Program-made: the position numbers and the translations under genes | The notes under the pieces: model-generated | Database searches by the model: none | What the model was told of the DNA's origin: nothing | The model's input: only the letters and a program-made list of their open reading frames with translations | Assembly (NCBI GenBank): GCA_036252695.1 | Contig: GCA_036252695.1_4122.1 | DNA: 64,000 nt | Reading direction: 5' to 3' (one strand) | From: a phage | In this document: piece by piece, positions 33,539 through 43,251 of the stretch | Position numbering within the stretch: the first letter of the stretch is position 1 | How the letters are laid out: each line of letters starts with the position of its first letter

Positions 33539-34023
33539 AGTTCAGCTTAGATGCTGCCTTTAAATTTGTTCACAAGATAGAAACAATATACAGTACATTA
33601 TGTGCAATAAAATCAGTAACAGAAGAGCTTGATGTTGGTGAAAAATATCAGGTATGGAATAATACATTTCTAAACAAAGAACGTTGCTCTACGGGGTTTA
33701 ATATTTTAACATTTAATCCCAGCAATTGTTACCCAGAGAAGCATGAACGTTATCCGAATGACGACATGTGGTTTGATTACACAAAAGATGGTGATATGTC
33801 ATCCCTTGTAGTTCCTGATGATTTTAATGCCGAAGATTTAACGGAAGAGTGGTGGTTTCAACAGAATTTAGTCCATGATGATATTGATTTATTTTTTTAT
33901 GTAGTATTTAAAATGCTTTATCACAACAATATATTAAAAGATAGTGTGTTTTTTTCATGTCTATATATTGATGATTTGTACAATGAAATCCAAATCAACA
34001 TTCCCAGCACGCCTGTATCGTAA
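33517..34023 (+). CDS. FQ-motif family protein (B)
   Basis: EEWWFQQNLVHD. Confidence 0.55.
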   Translation: MQYMYDLEFSLDAAFKFVHKIETIYSTLCAIKSVTEELDVGEKYQVWNNTFLNKERCSTGFNILTFNPSNCYPEKHERYPNDDMWFDYTKDGDMSSLVVPDDFNAEDLTEEWWFQQNLVHDDIDLFFYVVFKMLYHNNILKDSVFFSCLYIDDLYNEIQINIPSTPVS

Positions 34024-34048
34024 GATATGGGCTTTTTTCGTTTTGGTA

Positions 34049-34077
34049 TTGACAAAGAAGTGCAAAGCTGTTATCAT
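34049..34077 (+). promoter_or_regulatory. sigma70 promoter internal to the array
   Basis: -35 TTGACA 34049-34054, 17-nt spacer, -10 TATCAT 34072-34077. Confidence 0.55.
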
Positions 34078-34105
34078 GTGTAATCATTTTAAAGGAGAAC
34101 ATATA

Positions 34106-34618
34106 GTGAGTTTCATAATCCCAAGTACATACGAAGATGCATCAAGTGCAGTTCATAAGATTCATTATATTTTTAATTTAATTATTAGATCTGCAAAAAA
34201 TAAAATGTATGCACCTCTTGTGGAATACGATAAAAATGAGGAAATTTTTGTTAGCACAGACCAAATTATTTTTCCATATTTCAATGAAGATAGATTGTGG
34301 TTCATGCATTTAGCTGCATTACAAAAATATAAAATGTCAATTCGTAATAATTTGGATATACCGTTATATCATCCTGATATTGGAGAGGATGAATATTTTC
34401 AGTACAGTACAGTACACCGCCATGAAGATATCTTTGTTGCTATGCTTATTGCTAAATTGAATACCGTTGATTTGGAGCAGTACAAATACAATAATAAATC
34501 ATGTAAGATCATAATCCCTGCATTCATAGCTCTTTATGATTATGTGGTGCATAACAAAAAAGATGATACATATGCTTTCAATGAAGAGTATTTGAATTTT
34601 TTTAAGGAGAACATATGA
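34106..34618 (+). CDS. FQ-motif family protein (B), GTG start
   Basis: RBS aaaggag 8 nt before GTG 34106; ORF-track ATG 33944 lies upstream of the promoter; EDEYFQYSTVHR. Confidence 0.5.
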   Translation: MSFIIPSTYEDASSAVHKIHYIFNLIIRSAKNKMYAPLVEYDKNEEIFVSTDQIIFPYFNEDRLWFMHLAALQKYKMSIRNNLDIPLYHPDIGEDEYFQYSTVHRHEDIFVAMLIAKLNTVDLEQYKYNNKSCKIIIPAFIALYDYVVHNKKDDTYAFNEEYLNFFKENI

Positions 34619-35142
34619 GCAGTGACGTGCAGAAATCAATGACATTCAATGAAATTGGTGCATTTAAAGATAAGATCATTGATTGTCTTGAATACATGAT
34701 TTGTAGTAATATCGAAAGTATCGAGATATTTAACAAGACAAATCGCTCTTACCATATGATGTACATTGCAAACAATAATGGTATCATTCCATTTATTTCG
34801 GATAGTACAATATGGTACGCATGTGATACGAAAAAAACCACAATAGGTTTACATTTATTTGAGACACATTATGATCTAATTATTCCTGAACATTGTATGC
34901 AAGAAGAAGAATATTTTCAAATGCAATGTATACATTCACCATTAGTGTTGTTTAGTTTATATATTATACCTTATATCACCAAATGTGTTCATGAGAATAA
35001 AGCTCCGTGGAATCATGAATTTGTATCGTTGAAGTTATTGTATAATGTATTAGTAGAATATTATGATTACAGGCACAATGGTACAATCAGTGATGTATGG
35101 GATTTTGAATCGCTAAGGGTGAAAACATACACAGGTGAATGA
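34615..35142 (+). CDS. FQ-motif family protein (B)
   Basis: ATGA coupling; EEEYFQMQCIHS. Confidence 0.55.
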   Translation: MSSDVQKSMTFNEIGAFKDKIIDCLEYMICSNIESIEIFNKTNRSYHMMYIANNNGIIPFISDSTIWYACDTKKTTIGLHLFETHYDLIIPEHCMQEEEYFQMQCIHSPLVLFSLYIIPYITKCVHENKAPWNHEFVSLKLLYNVLVEYYDYRHNGTISDVWDFESLRVKTYTGE

Positions 35143-35758
35143 TATGACCAGAATTAAAATGTATGATTTGATGCAGTACAGTAAAATTGCCATTCCGGTG
35201 CTTAATAAAGTGCTGGATGCATTCATTGCCAAATACCCTGAGAATTCAGTGTTATGTATTCCATTTAGTGTTCCAGATAAAGATGATATATTTCAAGTGA
35301 ATGTCAGTACACGTGGTATTACATTGCAGCAGAAATACATGGATACGGAATATTATGGAATAAAGTTGGATTCAGTACAGGGTTCTAAATCAGCCTATGA
35401 TTTTTTTGTTCCTAATAACATCGAGTCATGGGAAACAAACATTTCAAAGAAAGATGAAAATGATGTTCCTATTAGTGGTGTGTTCAACAATAAAGTTTTT
35501 TATTATTACGAAACCGACAAATTCCCTGAAGAGTTATATTACAATTCAGAAATGAATGAAGATGTAGATGCATTCATGTTTCAATTATCTTTAGTACATG
35601 ATATCATTGATGTTCAAGAGTTAAGAGCAGAAATCAATTTAGCTAAAGAGTTATCGGACATGCTCCCACCGTTTAGTATGCTTTTTTGTGAAGGAGGTTA
35701 TTTTTCAAAAGAAGTGTTTGAACATTTCGTAGATGTTGTAAAAGGGTTGGATATATAG
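35135..35758 (+). CDS. FQ-motif family protein (B)
   Basis: DAFMFQLSLVHD. Confidence 0.55.
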   Translation: MNDMTRIKMYDLMQYSKIAIPVLNKVLDAFIAKYPENSVLCIPFSVPDKDDIFQVNVSTRGITLQQKYMDTEYYGIKLDSVQGSKSAYDFFVPNNIESWETNISKKDENDVPISGVFNNKVFYYYETDKFPEELYYNSEMNEDVDAFMFQLSLVHDIIDVQELRAEINLAKELSDMLPPFSMLFCEGGYFSKEVFEHFVDVVKGLDI

Positions 35759-35759
35759 T

Positions 35760-35954
35760 ATGCTTATAATTGATATTAAACAAAAATACCGTAAGTTTGA
35801 TTGGTTCACCGATAGTTTCCAGCTTGAATTATTACATATGAATATCAGTGAAACATTATGTGCAGAAACACAAGATGAATTTGATGATAGAGTGATGAAC
35901 ATAGTAATGCTTTCTTGCTTTAAACATTTTGGTTATTTTTTCGGACAGAATTGA
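35760..35954 (+). CDS. hypothetical small protein
   Basis: ORF track. Confidence 0.4.
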   Translation: MLIIDIKQKYRKFDWFTDSFQLELLHMNISETLCAETQDEFDDRVMNIVMLSCFKHFGYFFGQN

Positions 35955-35962
35955 GGTAAAAA

Positions 35963-36478
35963 ATGCATCAACACAAGCATCATTCATATGATTTTGCAAT
36001 TAACATTATGAAGTTTATTCGAGCGTTGGAGGATGGGAAGCTTAGTCATAAGTACAGGAAAGAGGGTAACAATTGGTTCAGAAATGATTCCGAGTTCAGT
36101 TGTCATAAAATCGTGTATAGTAATCAGTACAGTGCCAATTACCTACAAGATGTAGTGATGTGTTTTGAATACGTGTTGCAGTTCAGGGGTTCAATCCAAG
36201 ATGAGTTGATGGAGAACATGTACATCCGATACCTTCCAATGCTCAAAGATGAAAATGTATTATTAAATTCAATATACCAACGAGTTCGTGAAATTGAGTG
36301 CAGGGATATATTAGATACAGAAGAATCGTATTTCCAGCAATCCCTGATTTATTCACCTGATTTATTACAGGTACATAATTTGTTTAATACATTACGTCAG
36401 AACATCAGTACAGACATATTTTTGTCATTATCGGATTATGATACATTTGTCAAAGATTTAGAGGAAATAGGTTTATGA
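35963..36478 (+). CDS. FQ-motif family protein (B)
   Basis: RBS gaggtaaaaa; EESYFQQSLIYS. Confidence 0.55.
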   Translation: MHQHKHHSYDFAINIMKFIRALEDGKLSHKYRKEGNNWFRNDSEFSCHKIVYSNQYSANYLQDVVMCFEYVLQFRGSIQDELMENMYIRYLPMLKDENVLLNSIYQRVREIECRDILDTEESYFQQSLIYSPDLLQVHNLFNTLRQNISTDIFLSLSDYDTFVKDLEEIGL

Positions 36479-36816
36479 GTCGATTTTCGGTTTGTGTGGT
36501 AAACATAAAAAGTGATGGTAGTTTAATTGAATTAGATGTATATGATGATGATAATGCATATGGTATTAAAGTACAGGACAATGATGTGCAGTTCAGTTCA
36601 AGAACAAATTTTGAAAATCCAGTCCAAGTTCCTAATTTCATAGAAGATGAAGCAGCACGTTTCCAATACGAAACGGCATATGACAATGTACATATGCATA
36701 TTATTATGCAACAAAGTTTAGTTCAATTAGTTCCTTTGTTCAGACAAAATATATATGTACATGAATTGTCGATCAATGACGTTCGCAGTTCCGTATTGTT
36801 CGATACAAATATGTAA
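36475..36816 (+). CDS. FQ-motif family protein (B-like)
   Basis: ATGA coupling; EAARFQYETAYD. Confidence 0.5.
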   Translation: MSRFSVCVVNIKSDGSLIELDVYDDDNAYGIKVQDNDVQFSSRTNFENPVQVPNFIEDEAARFQYETAYDNVHMHIIMQQSLVQLVPLFRQNIYVHELSINDVRSSVLFDTNM

Positions 36817-36826
36817 GGAAAGTACA

Positions 36827-37378
36827 ATGAGTTCAATGAGTTTATTAGATACATTAGAAAAAGACAGAAGTGCAATTAAGCGTTTAAAAGAGCAAGTACA
36901 AAAGATTGTATACAACGTTGATAAGTTTGAGGTTCCCGGAAGATTTGGTGATATTTCCCATACGGAGATCAAATCCCTTAAGTCAGATTTGTTGATTAAA
37001 AATAAAAATGGGTTGATTTTAGTTTTGAGTTCAGATATGATGGGGGCAACACATAGTTATAATGCAGTATCGGTGCGTTCCGAGTGTGAAGGTATATATC
37101 TATCACAGGGTTTCAATAGCGAGACACAGGTTTGTTTTTGTGATGCAGTACATGACCCTATGAAGTTCACGAGAAGTGAAGCCCAAGCGTTATTAGAGCT
37201 ATCAGACGAGAGTTTGTTTCAGTACAGTACAATGTATGACAATGATAAGCTTCGTTGTATGTACGCTGTAAAGCATTATACACAGGAGTTCTCTGGATTT
37301 GCATACCTTTTAGTTAGAACCAATACCAGATATATTGATATGTTAGAAGATTACATCGATAAAGTTGTTAATGTATGA
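36827..37378 (+). CDS. FQ-motif family protein (B)
   Basis: RBS aaggaaag; DESLFQYSTMYD. Confidence 0.55.
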   Translation: MSSMSLLDTLEKDRSAIKRLKEQVQKIVYNVDKFEVPGRFGDISHTEIKSLKSDLLIKNKNGLILVLSSDMMGATHSYNAVSVRSECEGIYLSQGFNSETQVCFCDAVHDPMKFTRSEAQALLELSDESLFQYSTMYDNDKLRCMYAVKHYTQEFSGFAYLLVRTNTRYIDMLEDYIDKVVNV

Positions 37379-37553
37379 TTTTGTGATGGGATGATGCTAA
37401 TGAAAGAGTTATTTGAAGATCAGTTCAATACATATGTGGATAATATTCTTTATTCCAGTCGTGCCAGTCAACGAGGAAATCGTGCTTACAATATTGATTA
37501 CCTATTGGTGGTGCTGAGTTCACAGTACACCAATGCGGTACAAAGGGTTTATT

Positions 37554-37763
37554 ATGAAAAGTGCAAGTAATAGTGATATTGCAAAGGAGAAGTTTAAGTG
37601 CAGTTTAGATTACGGTTTAAATGATTTTCTTACATGCACAATGTACAGGAATGATGATTATGAACAATCCGTAATTTCGTTGCATCGATATTTCGAAATA
37701 ATTTACGCAAGATATCTTAGAAGGTTAGAGGGAATAGGGGATTGGTATTATGATTACGTTTGA
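37554..37763 (+). CDS. hypothetical small protein
   Basis: ORF track frame; start uncertain. Confidence 0.3.
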   Translation: MKSASNSDIAKEKFKCSLDYGLNDFLTCTMYRNDDYEQSVISLHRYFEIIYARYLRRLEGIGDWYYDYV

Positions 37764-37986
37764 AGAACCAGAAACAATGAGTCCATATACGATGAAAGGT
37801 TTTGAATTCATGATGGATTCGATTTTGAAGAGTTCGTGTTTAGTACACAATCCTGAGCGTGCAACAGTGAGGGAATATCAGGACAATGCATTACAGCGTG
37901 TAATGAATATGTACAGGAATACGAGTCGCAAGCTTTGTGCGTTGAAAAGGATTGAAGAAATCAAGGTTTCTAGGCTGAATAAATAG
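37750..37986 (+). CDS. hypothetical small protein
   Basis: ORF track. Confidence 0.4.
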   Translation: MITFEEPETMSPYTMKGFEFMMDSILKSSCLVHNPERATVREYQDNALQRVMNMYRNTSRKLCALKRIEEIKVSRLNK

Positions 37987-38191
37987 AGACGTTTCATTTT
38001 GACAGGCCGCTGGAGGGGGTCAAAAAAATTTCCGCTGAAAAACATGCTAAGGTATATGTTTAATATAAAGTTTTATATTGTGTTTTTCAGAGTACAGTTC
38101 ATGTTTCCTTAAACAAAAAAATACCCCGCCACCGAACGTGCTCCTTATATTGGAGTTTACCTTATTAATTATAGTAGAGACTACAATTGAA

Positions 38192-38575
38192 ATGAAGATG
38201 CAAATAAAATATAATGAATTTTGTGCAAGGACATGGATGTACACTGGTGAGTTAGTTACGCACTCTAACTTATACAAGGGTGATTTAAACTACGCTAGGG
38301 ACAAGATTTTAAAGTACTGGAATGCTGACTTTTATTTGATGGATTTTAGTACTGGGTTTAGGGGTAAAGCAACCGAGATGTTGGACTATACAGTACTTGA
38401 TGATGCTGCACTGTTTCAGGAGGCATTAGTATTTGATAAGAAGTACATCTGTACATTAGAAGAGATGATTGAATTACAGCGTAGAATTAAATGTATTCAC
38501 AGGGAATGTATAGATATCTGGTGCAGTACTGGTGAAGATGATTTTTGTAATCATTTCAATCTAGGGGAAGTGTGA
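38192..38575 (+). CDS. FQ-motif family protein (subtype C, LFQEALVFDKKY)
   Basis: DYTVLDDAALFQEALVFDKKYICT. Confidence 0.55.
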   Translation: MKMQIKYNEFCARTWMYTGELVTHSNLYKGDLNYARDKILKYWNADFYLMDFSTGFRGKATEMLDYTVLDDAALFQEALVFDKKYICTLEEMIELQRRIKCIHRECIDIWCSTGEDDFCNHFNLGEV

Positions 38576-38799
38576 TGGAATTTGATTTTTTAATATCAGT
38601 ACATACGGTCAAGGGTGCACCTCAGTACCTTTGTAATTTAAACAAAGGTGATTTGATTATGGATACAGATACAGAAGTTGTATACAGTTCTAATGTTCTG
38701 TGCAAGGAATTTCAGAATTCGAAAATGCTTGAGTTATTGTGCATTGCTGATTGTAATATTCTGTACAAATTCAGTACTAATCTGAAGGAGATTTTATGA
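38572..38799 (+). CDS. truncated subtype-C paralog (N-terminal part only)
   Basis: MMEFDFLISVHTVKG...CNLNKGDL matches N-terminus of 39164 gene; no FQ motif. Confidence 0.45.
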   Translation: MMEFDFLISVHTVKGAPQYLCNLNKGDLIMDTDTEVVYSSNVLCKEFQNSKMLELLCIADCNILYKFSTNLKEIL

Positions 38800-39164
38800 A
38801 AAAAGAAATTAGAATCCAATTCGGTATGAGGAAAAAAGAGGTCATCTGTACACTGAATCATGCGGACGTGGAAATGGGTGGTGCATTACAAAAATTCTCA
38901 CATTTTGTTCTTGTACTATATGAAAATGGGTCTTTTAAAATCTTCACATATGATGATTCAAAAAATTACCGTAATGATTTTGTAAATCTTACAGTACTGT
39001 CAGAAGAGGAATTCTTTCAGGAAAGTACTGTCTGGAATTTACAAGGAGCACCAATTGAATACGTCCGTGCTACACAGGTAGAGATGATCAAAACAATGCA
39101 GAACTATCCAGAAGATTATATGACTAAGTTTCCTGAATCTTTTAATGTAGAGGTTGAGTACTGA
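38796..39164 (+). CDS. FQ-motif family protein (B)
   Basis: EEEFFQESTVWN. Confidence 0.55.
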   Translation: MKKEIRIQFGMRKKEVICTLNHADVEMGGALQKFSHFVLVLYENGSFKIFTYDDSKNYRNDFVNLTVLSEEEFFQESTVWNLQGAPIEYVRATQVEMIKTMQNYPEDYMTKFPESFNVEVEY

Positions 39165-39520
39165 TGGAATTTGATTTTTTAATATCAGTACATTCTTTTA
39201 AGCACAGTTTTCAGTACTTTTGTAATTTAAACAAAGGTGATTTAATGCACAGTGCGAATGAGTATATTCATTTTACTGATGGTAAATTCTCATTTATTGA
39301 TTACAGTTCATTAGATTTTCCATACACTGATATGCCGGACTATACATTGATGGATGCTGGTGAACTATTTCAAGCTGCATTAGTATTTGACAAGAAGTAC
39401 ATCTGTACATTTGAAGAAGTAATTACTATACAAAATGAAATGAAGGTGTATGCATCGTTGAATAAACCTAATGAATGTATTAATCAAGAATACAAATTCA
39501 ATATAGGAATTCCAAAATGA
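39164..39520 (+). CDS. FQ-motif family protein (subtype C)
   Basis: DYTLMDAGELFQAALVFDKKYICT. Confidence 0.55.
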   Translation: MEFDFLISVHSFKHSFQYFCNLNKGDLMHSANEYIHFTDGKFSFIDYSSLDFPYTDMPDYTLMDAGELFQAALVFDKKYICTFEEVITIQNEMKVYASLNKPNECINQEYKFNIGIPK

Positions 39521-39876
39521 CATATGATTATTCTATGTATTATTATAAGTTACCTAAAGGATGGGACTTGTGCTGTAATCTTATTAAGGGAGACTCGGAA
39601 CATGAGTTGAGTTTATATATGCACTACAAAGATTCTTGTTTTAAATTTATTCATGTATTACATGATGGCTATGACTATGAATCTGAGAGTCTTATAGATT
39701 ATACAGTACTGGACGATGGTGAACTATTTCAGGAAGCATTAGTGTTTGATAAGAATAAGTACTCCTGTACATTTGAAGAAATGGTTTCTTTGCAAAATGA
39801 AATGAAGAGATTTGAAAAAGAAAACGTATTTAATCCATCCCCATCAAGAACGAATAATTATTATTTCAATATATGA
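39517..39876 (+). CDS. FQ-motif family protein (subtype C)
   Basis: DYTVLDDGELFQEALVFDKNKYSCT. Confidence 0.55.
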   Translation: MTYDYSMYYYKLPKGWDLCCNLIKGDSEHELSLYMHYKDSCFKFIHVLHDGYDYESESLIDYTVLDDGELFQEALVFDKNKYSCTFEEMVSLQNEMKRFEKENVFNPSPSRTNNYYFNI

Positions 39877-39885
39877 GATTATAAA

Positions 39886-40356
39886 ATGACATTACAGAGT
39901 TCATTGGAAAAAGCAAAGAAGATTCATGAGTACATGAATATGGCAAAAGAAGGTTCAGTTTACGGTGTTTTCAAAGACACAAGTACTCAATATTATGTGC
40001 CGGATAACCTCCTTTATAATGACTGCTCAGATACAGAAACGTGCGTACTGGATACCGACCCTAATGATTATGAATGCTTCATTAATATGCATAATGAGTA
40101 CATGGTCTATATTAATGATACAGATACCATCTACAGTACTGATAGCGATTCCGATGACATTATAATTCCGAGTGAAGTACTGGAAGGTCCGTGGGATAGT
40201 GAAGAGTATTACTTCCAACAAAGTACTGTATACGATAATGAAGTACTTGATGTTATTATAATTATGTGGTACTTTAAAAGTATTGGTTCTGGGAACTTCT
40301 ATTTCGATTACAAATACGTAAAGAAAACTGTAGATAACGGTATTAACAGGGGTTAA
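39886..40356 (+). CDS. FQ-motif family protein (subtype D, EEYYFQ...WYFK)
   Basis: VLEGPWDSEEYYFQQSTVYD...IMWYFKS...FYFD. Confidence 0.6.
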   Translation: MTLQSSLEKAKKIHEYMNMAKEGSVYGVFKDTSTQYYVPDNLLYNDCSDTETCVLDTDPNDYECFINMHNEYMVYINDTDTIYSTDSDSDDIIIPSEVLEGPWDSEEYYFQQSTVYDNEVLDVIIIMWYFKSIGSGNFYFDYKYVKKTVDNGINRG

Positions 40357-40357
40357 A

Positions 40358-40828
40358 ATGAGTTTAGAAAGAGCATTAGAGATTGCGAAGTTAATTGATT
40401 TATGCAGCAAAGAAATTGTAGCAAATTGTCTCAATGGATATCTATTCAAGGAAGGTAAATCTTATTGTCGAATGAGATACGATGACAGTAGTGAGTACAT
40501 TCACATGTATGAAGAAAACTTAGATTCTTCTGAAACAACACTCAATGGGTGTGATGTTAATTTGGAAGATAATTACATGTACTTCTGTCGTGATGCTGAT
40601 ATTTTAATACAAGATTCTGACATTATATCTGGTGCAGCAGAGAAACATCTTCCGTATTCAGTACTGGATAATGACTGGGGAAGTGAAGAGTACTACTTCC
40701 AGCAGAATACGATCTACGCAGAAGATGTACTTGACAAGCTTGTCATTCTGTGGTACTTTAATAATACAGATTGTCCTAGCTTCTATTTGGACTTGGATCT
40801 ACTACGAGTTATTAAAGAGGATATATGA
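40358..40828 (+). CDS. FQ-motif family protein (subtype D)
   Basis: VLDNDWGSEEYYFQQNTIYA...LWYFNN. Confidence 0.6.
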   Translation: MSLERALEIAKLIDLCSKEIVANCLNGYLFKEGKSYCRMRYDDSSEYIHMYEENLDSSETTLNGCDVNLEDNYMYFCRDADILIQDSDIISGAAEKHLPYSVLDNDWGSEEYYFQQNTIYAEDVLDKLVILWYFNNTDCPSFYLDLDLLRVIKEDI

Positions 40829-41268
40829 GTTTAGCAAGTGCACTTGAACTAGCACACAGAATACATCACTTCCACGATAACATAAAAAGTGGGTTCTATG
40901 GTGATAAAGTAAGTGCATTTGGTGATGAGTATTATCTATCAGGTATAAAGACATACTCTGATGATATTTTACTTATGGGACAGGATAAAGACAATACTAT
41001 ACAGTACTCTTCATGTAGTCAATATACTAATTTTTTTGTATATATTCCAGGTACTAAGATTACTTTTGACACAACAAATACACCTGTTGACTTCGGGGTA
41101 CTTGATGGCCCGTGGGGTACTGAAGAGTATTACTTCCAACAGAGTCTCATTTTTAACCAAGAAATTCTTGATTCCTTGGTTGTGTTGTGGTACTTTAAGG
41201 AATTGAATTTTGAACCATTCTTTCTTGACTGGGGAGCATGTGAATATTTAAGTACAGGGGATTTGTAA
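40825..41268 (+). CDS. FQ-motif family protein (subtype D)
   Basis: VLDGPWGTEEYYFQQSLIFN...LWYFKE. Confidence 0.6.
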   Translation: MSLASALELAHRIHHFHDNIKSGFYGDKVSAFGDEYYLSGIKTYSDDILLMGQDKDNTIQYSSCSQYTNFFVYIPGTKITFDTTNTPVDFGVLDGPWGTEEYYFQQSLIFNQEILDSLVVLWYFKELNFEPFFLDWGACEYLSTGDL

Positions 41269-41756
41269 TGTCATTACAAAGTGCATTGAAAGAAGCAAAG
41301 AAGATTCATGAGTACATGATTATGGTACAGGAAGGTTCAGTACCAGGTGTATATAAAACATCTGATACTGAATTTTTTGTAAAAGACCGTGACGATTATG
41401 ACGAGTCCGAGATATGTGCAGAAACATTAGTACTGCACACTGATACTGGTGACAGTGATAACTGTGAATATCATATGTACAATCAGTACATTAGTTATTG
41501 TCGTAATGAAGATATTACCATCTACAACACAGATAGTGATGCTGATGACACTATCATTCCTTATTCAGTACTGGAAGGACCGTGGGATAGTGAAGAATAT
41601 TACTTCCAGAATAGTACGTTGTACAATGAAGAAGAATTAGATGTTATTGTAATTATGTGGTATTTCAAAAGTATTGACTCCAGTAGTTTCTATTTTGATT
41701 ATGAATATGTAGAGAATACTGTAGGAGAAGGTAATGTCATTACAAAGTGCTCTTGA
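41268..41756 (+). CDS. FQ-motif family protein (subtype D)
   Basis: VLEGPWDSEEYYFQNSTLYN...IMWYFKS. Confidence 0.6.
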   Translation: MSLQSALKEAKKIHEYMIMVQEGSVPGVYKTSDTEFFVKDRDDYDESEICAETLVLHTDTGDSDNCEYHMYNQYISYCRNEDITIYNTDSDADDTIIPYSVLEGPWDSEEYYFQNSTLYNEEELDVIVIMWYFKSIDSSSFYFDYEYVENTVGEGNVITKCS

Positions 41757-42186
41757 AAAAGCAAAAGAACTACATGGATACTTTGACGATATAAAGGCAG
41801 GAAAGTTCAAAGAAGTGTACAAAGCCGAGAACGGCAACTACTACAAGGATGAAATGTATAATAACTCCGTTGGTGTAAGGGTTATTCTTGGGTTGAATTC
41901 CAATAGTCCTATATCGTTTTCTGAATACAATAGAGATGCAGAATTTATTAGTTATGTTGAAAATGGTAGCATTCGTTTTATTAATCGCAAAAAACCATTA
42001 ATTTTGAATTATGAAGTACTGGAAGGTCCGTGGGATAGTGAAGAGTATTACTTCCAAAACAGTACTGTATACGATGATGAAGTACTTGAAGCATTAGTTA
42101 TTATGTGGTACTTCAAGAGTGTTAGCTGCCCTCGATTTTATTTGGATTTCGAAGAACTTCGTAAAGATCCAGAAGGTATAGAATGA
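41734..42186 (+). CDS. FQ-motif family protein (subtype D)
   Basis: VLEGPWDSEEYYFQNSTVYD...IMWYFKS. Confidence 0.6.
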   Translation: MSLQSALEKAKELHGYFDDIKAGKFKEVYKAENGNYYKDEMYNNSVGVRVILGLNSNSPISFSEYNRDAEFISYVENGSIRFINRKKPLILNYEVLEGPWDSEEYYFQNSTVYDDEVLEALVIMWYFKSVSCPRFYLDFEELRKDPEGIE

Positions 42187-42497
42187 AAAACTTATTCAGT
42201 GTTCAGTACGTTCCTGGTGAAATTGGTTTATTGTATCTATTTGACCATGATAATTCATTATTACTAGTAGTGAAGAAATGCCAAGCTAGTTCGTTTGTTG
42301 AATACATTCACGATAGTGAATACATTCCTGATTTCCTAGAGTGTGATTATCACGATGAACATGAATCATTTATTTTTCAGGAATCACTCGTATGGGATAA
42401 ATCGATCAACTTCTTTACGTTAATTGAATTACAAAAGCAGGTGAAGTATCATTGGGATTACTTAATTACACAGGATTACATTGAGATTGAAACATAA
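42183..42497 (+). CDS. FQ-motif family protein (B)
   Basis: HESFIFQESLVWD. Confidence 0.55.
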   Translation: MKNLFSVQYVPGEIGLLYLFDHDNSLLLVVKKCQASSFVEYIHDSEYIPDFLECDYHDEHESFIFQESLVWDKSINFFTLIELQKQVKYHWDYLITQDYIEIET

Positions 42498-42805
42498 TGA
42501 CAAAAAATGAATTTGATTCACTTTGTACGGTTTATAATTCATTGACAGAAATACCTGACTTTATTAATTACATTTCAGCTTTAAATCAAATTATGCATAG
42601 TTTTGAACAATCGTTTGAAGAGAAATATGCAGGTAGAAAAGTTCTATGTCATATGTCAATGTACTTAGGAGATGGTGAGCCTTACACTACCAGTACTACA
42701 TGTGAAATAAAAAAATATAATATATTATTGGGGACAATAGAATTCAAGGTATCCAATGGTGGTAGTTATATGTACTTTAGAGATGGAGTGGTTGAATTAT
42801 TATGA
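42497..42805 (+). CDS. hypothetical protein
   Basis: ORF track; no family motif. Confidence 0.45.
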   Translation: MTKNEFDSLCTVYNSLTEIPDFINYISALNQIMHSFEQSFEEKYAGRKVLCHMSMYLGDGEPYTTSTTCEIKKYNILLGTIEFKVSNGGSYMYFRDGVVELL

Positions 42806-43251
42806 GTTACGAAAGTGCAATCAAGAAAGCAAATGATATTCTAAAAGTTGTTCAGTTCTTCAAAGAAAATCCTGAATACCTAGATGATGAAAACCATGAT
42901 CACGATGAGAGATTGAGACGAAAAATTGTCGCTTTATTTGACACTAATGCGGATAATTATAGTCTAATTGAGTTAGCATACGATTATATTTCATTGAACC
43001 GAAACGGACATTTAGTTAATATAGAAAGACATGCGACTGAAGAATCTTTTAAAATTTCAGACATTTTATCCCTGAGTACTGAAGAAGGGTACTTCCAGGG
43101 TAGTACTGTTTATGAACAAGGAACGCTTGACAATCTATGCACATTTAGTGTAATATATCAGAAATCAGTACTGGATGTATTTTATCTTGACACTGCTGAA
43201 CTGGATACACTAATCAATTTTGTTACTACTGAAGAGGCCACATTTGAGTGA
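42802..43251 (+). CDS. FQ-motif family protein (D-like)
   Basis: TEEGYFQGSTVYE. Confidence 0.55.
   Translation: MSYESAIKKANDILKVVQFFKENPEYLDDENHDHDERLRRKIVALFDTNADNYSLIELAYDYISLNRNGHLVNIERHATEESFKISDILSLSTEEGYFQGSTVYEQGTLDNLCTFSVIYQKSVLDVFYLDTAELDTLINFVTTEEATFE

Noticed and set aside
33944-34105. ORF-track start at 33944 for the gene ending 34618
   Set aside because: The upstream 54 codons overlap the previous gene and precede a well-formed promoter (34049-34077) and RBS; GTG 34106 is the more plausible start.
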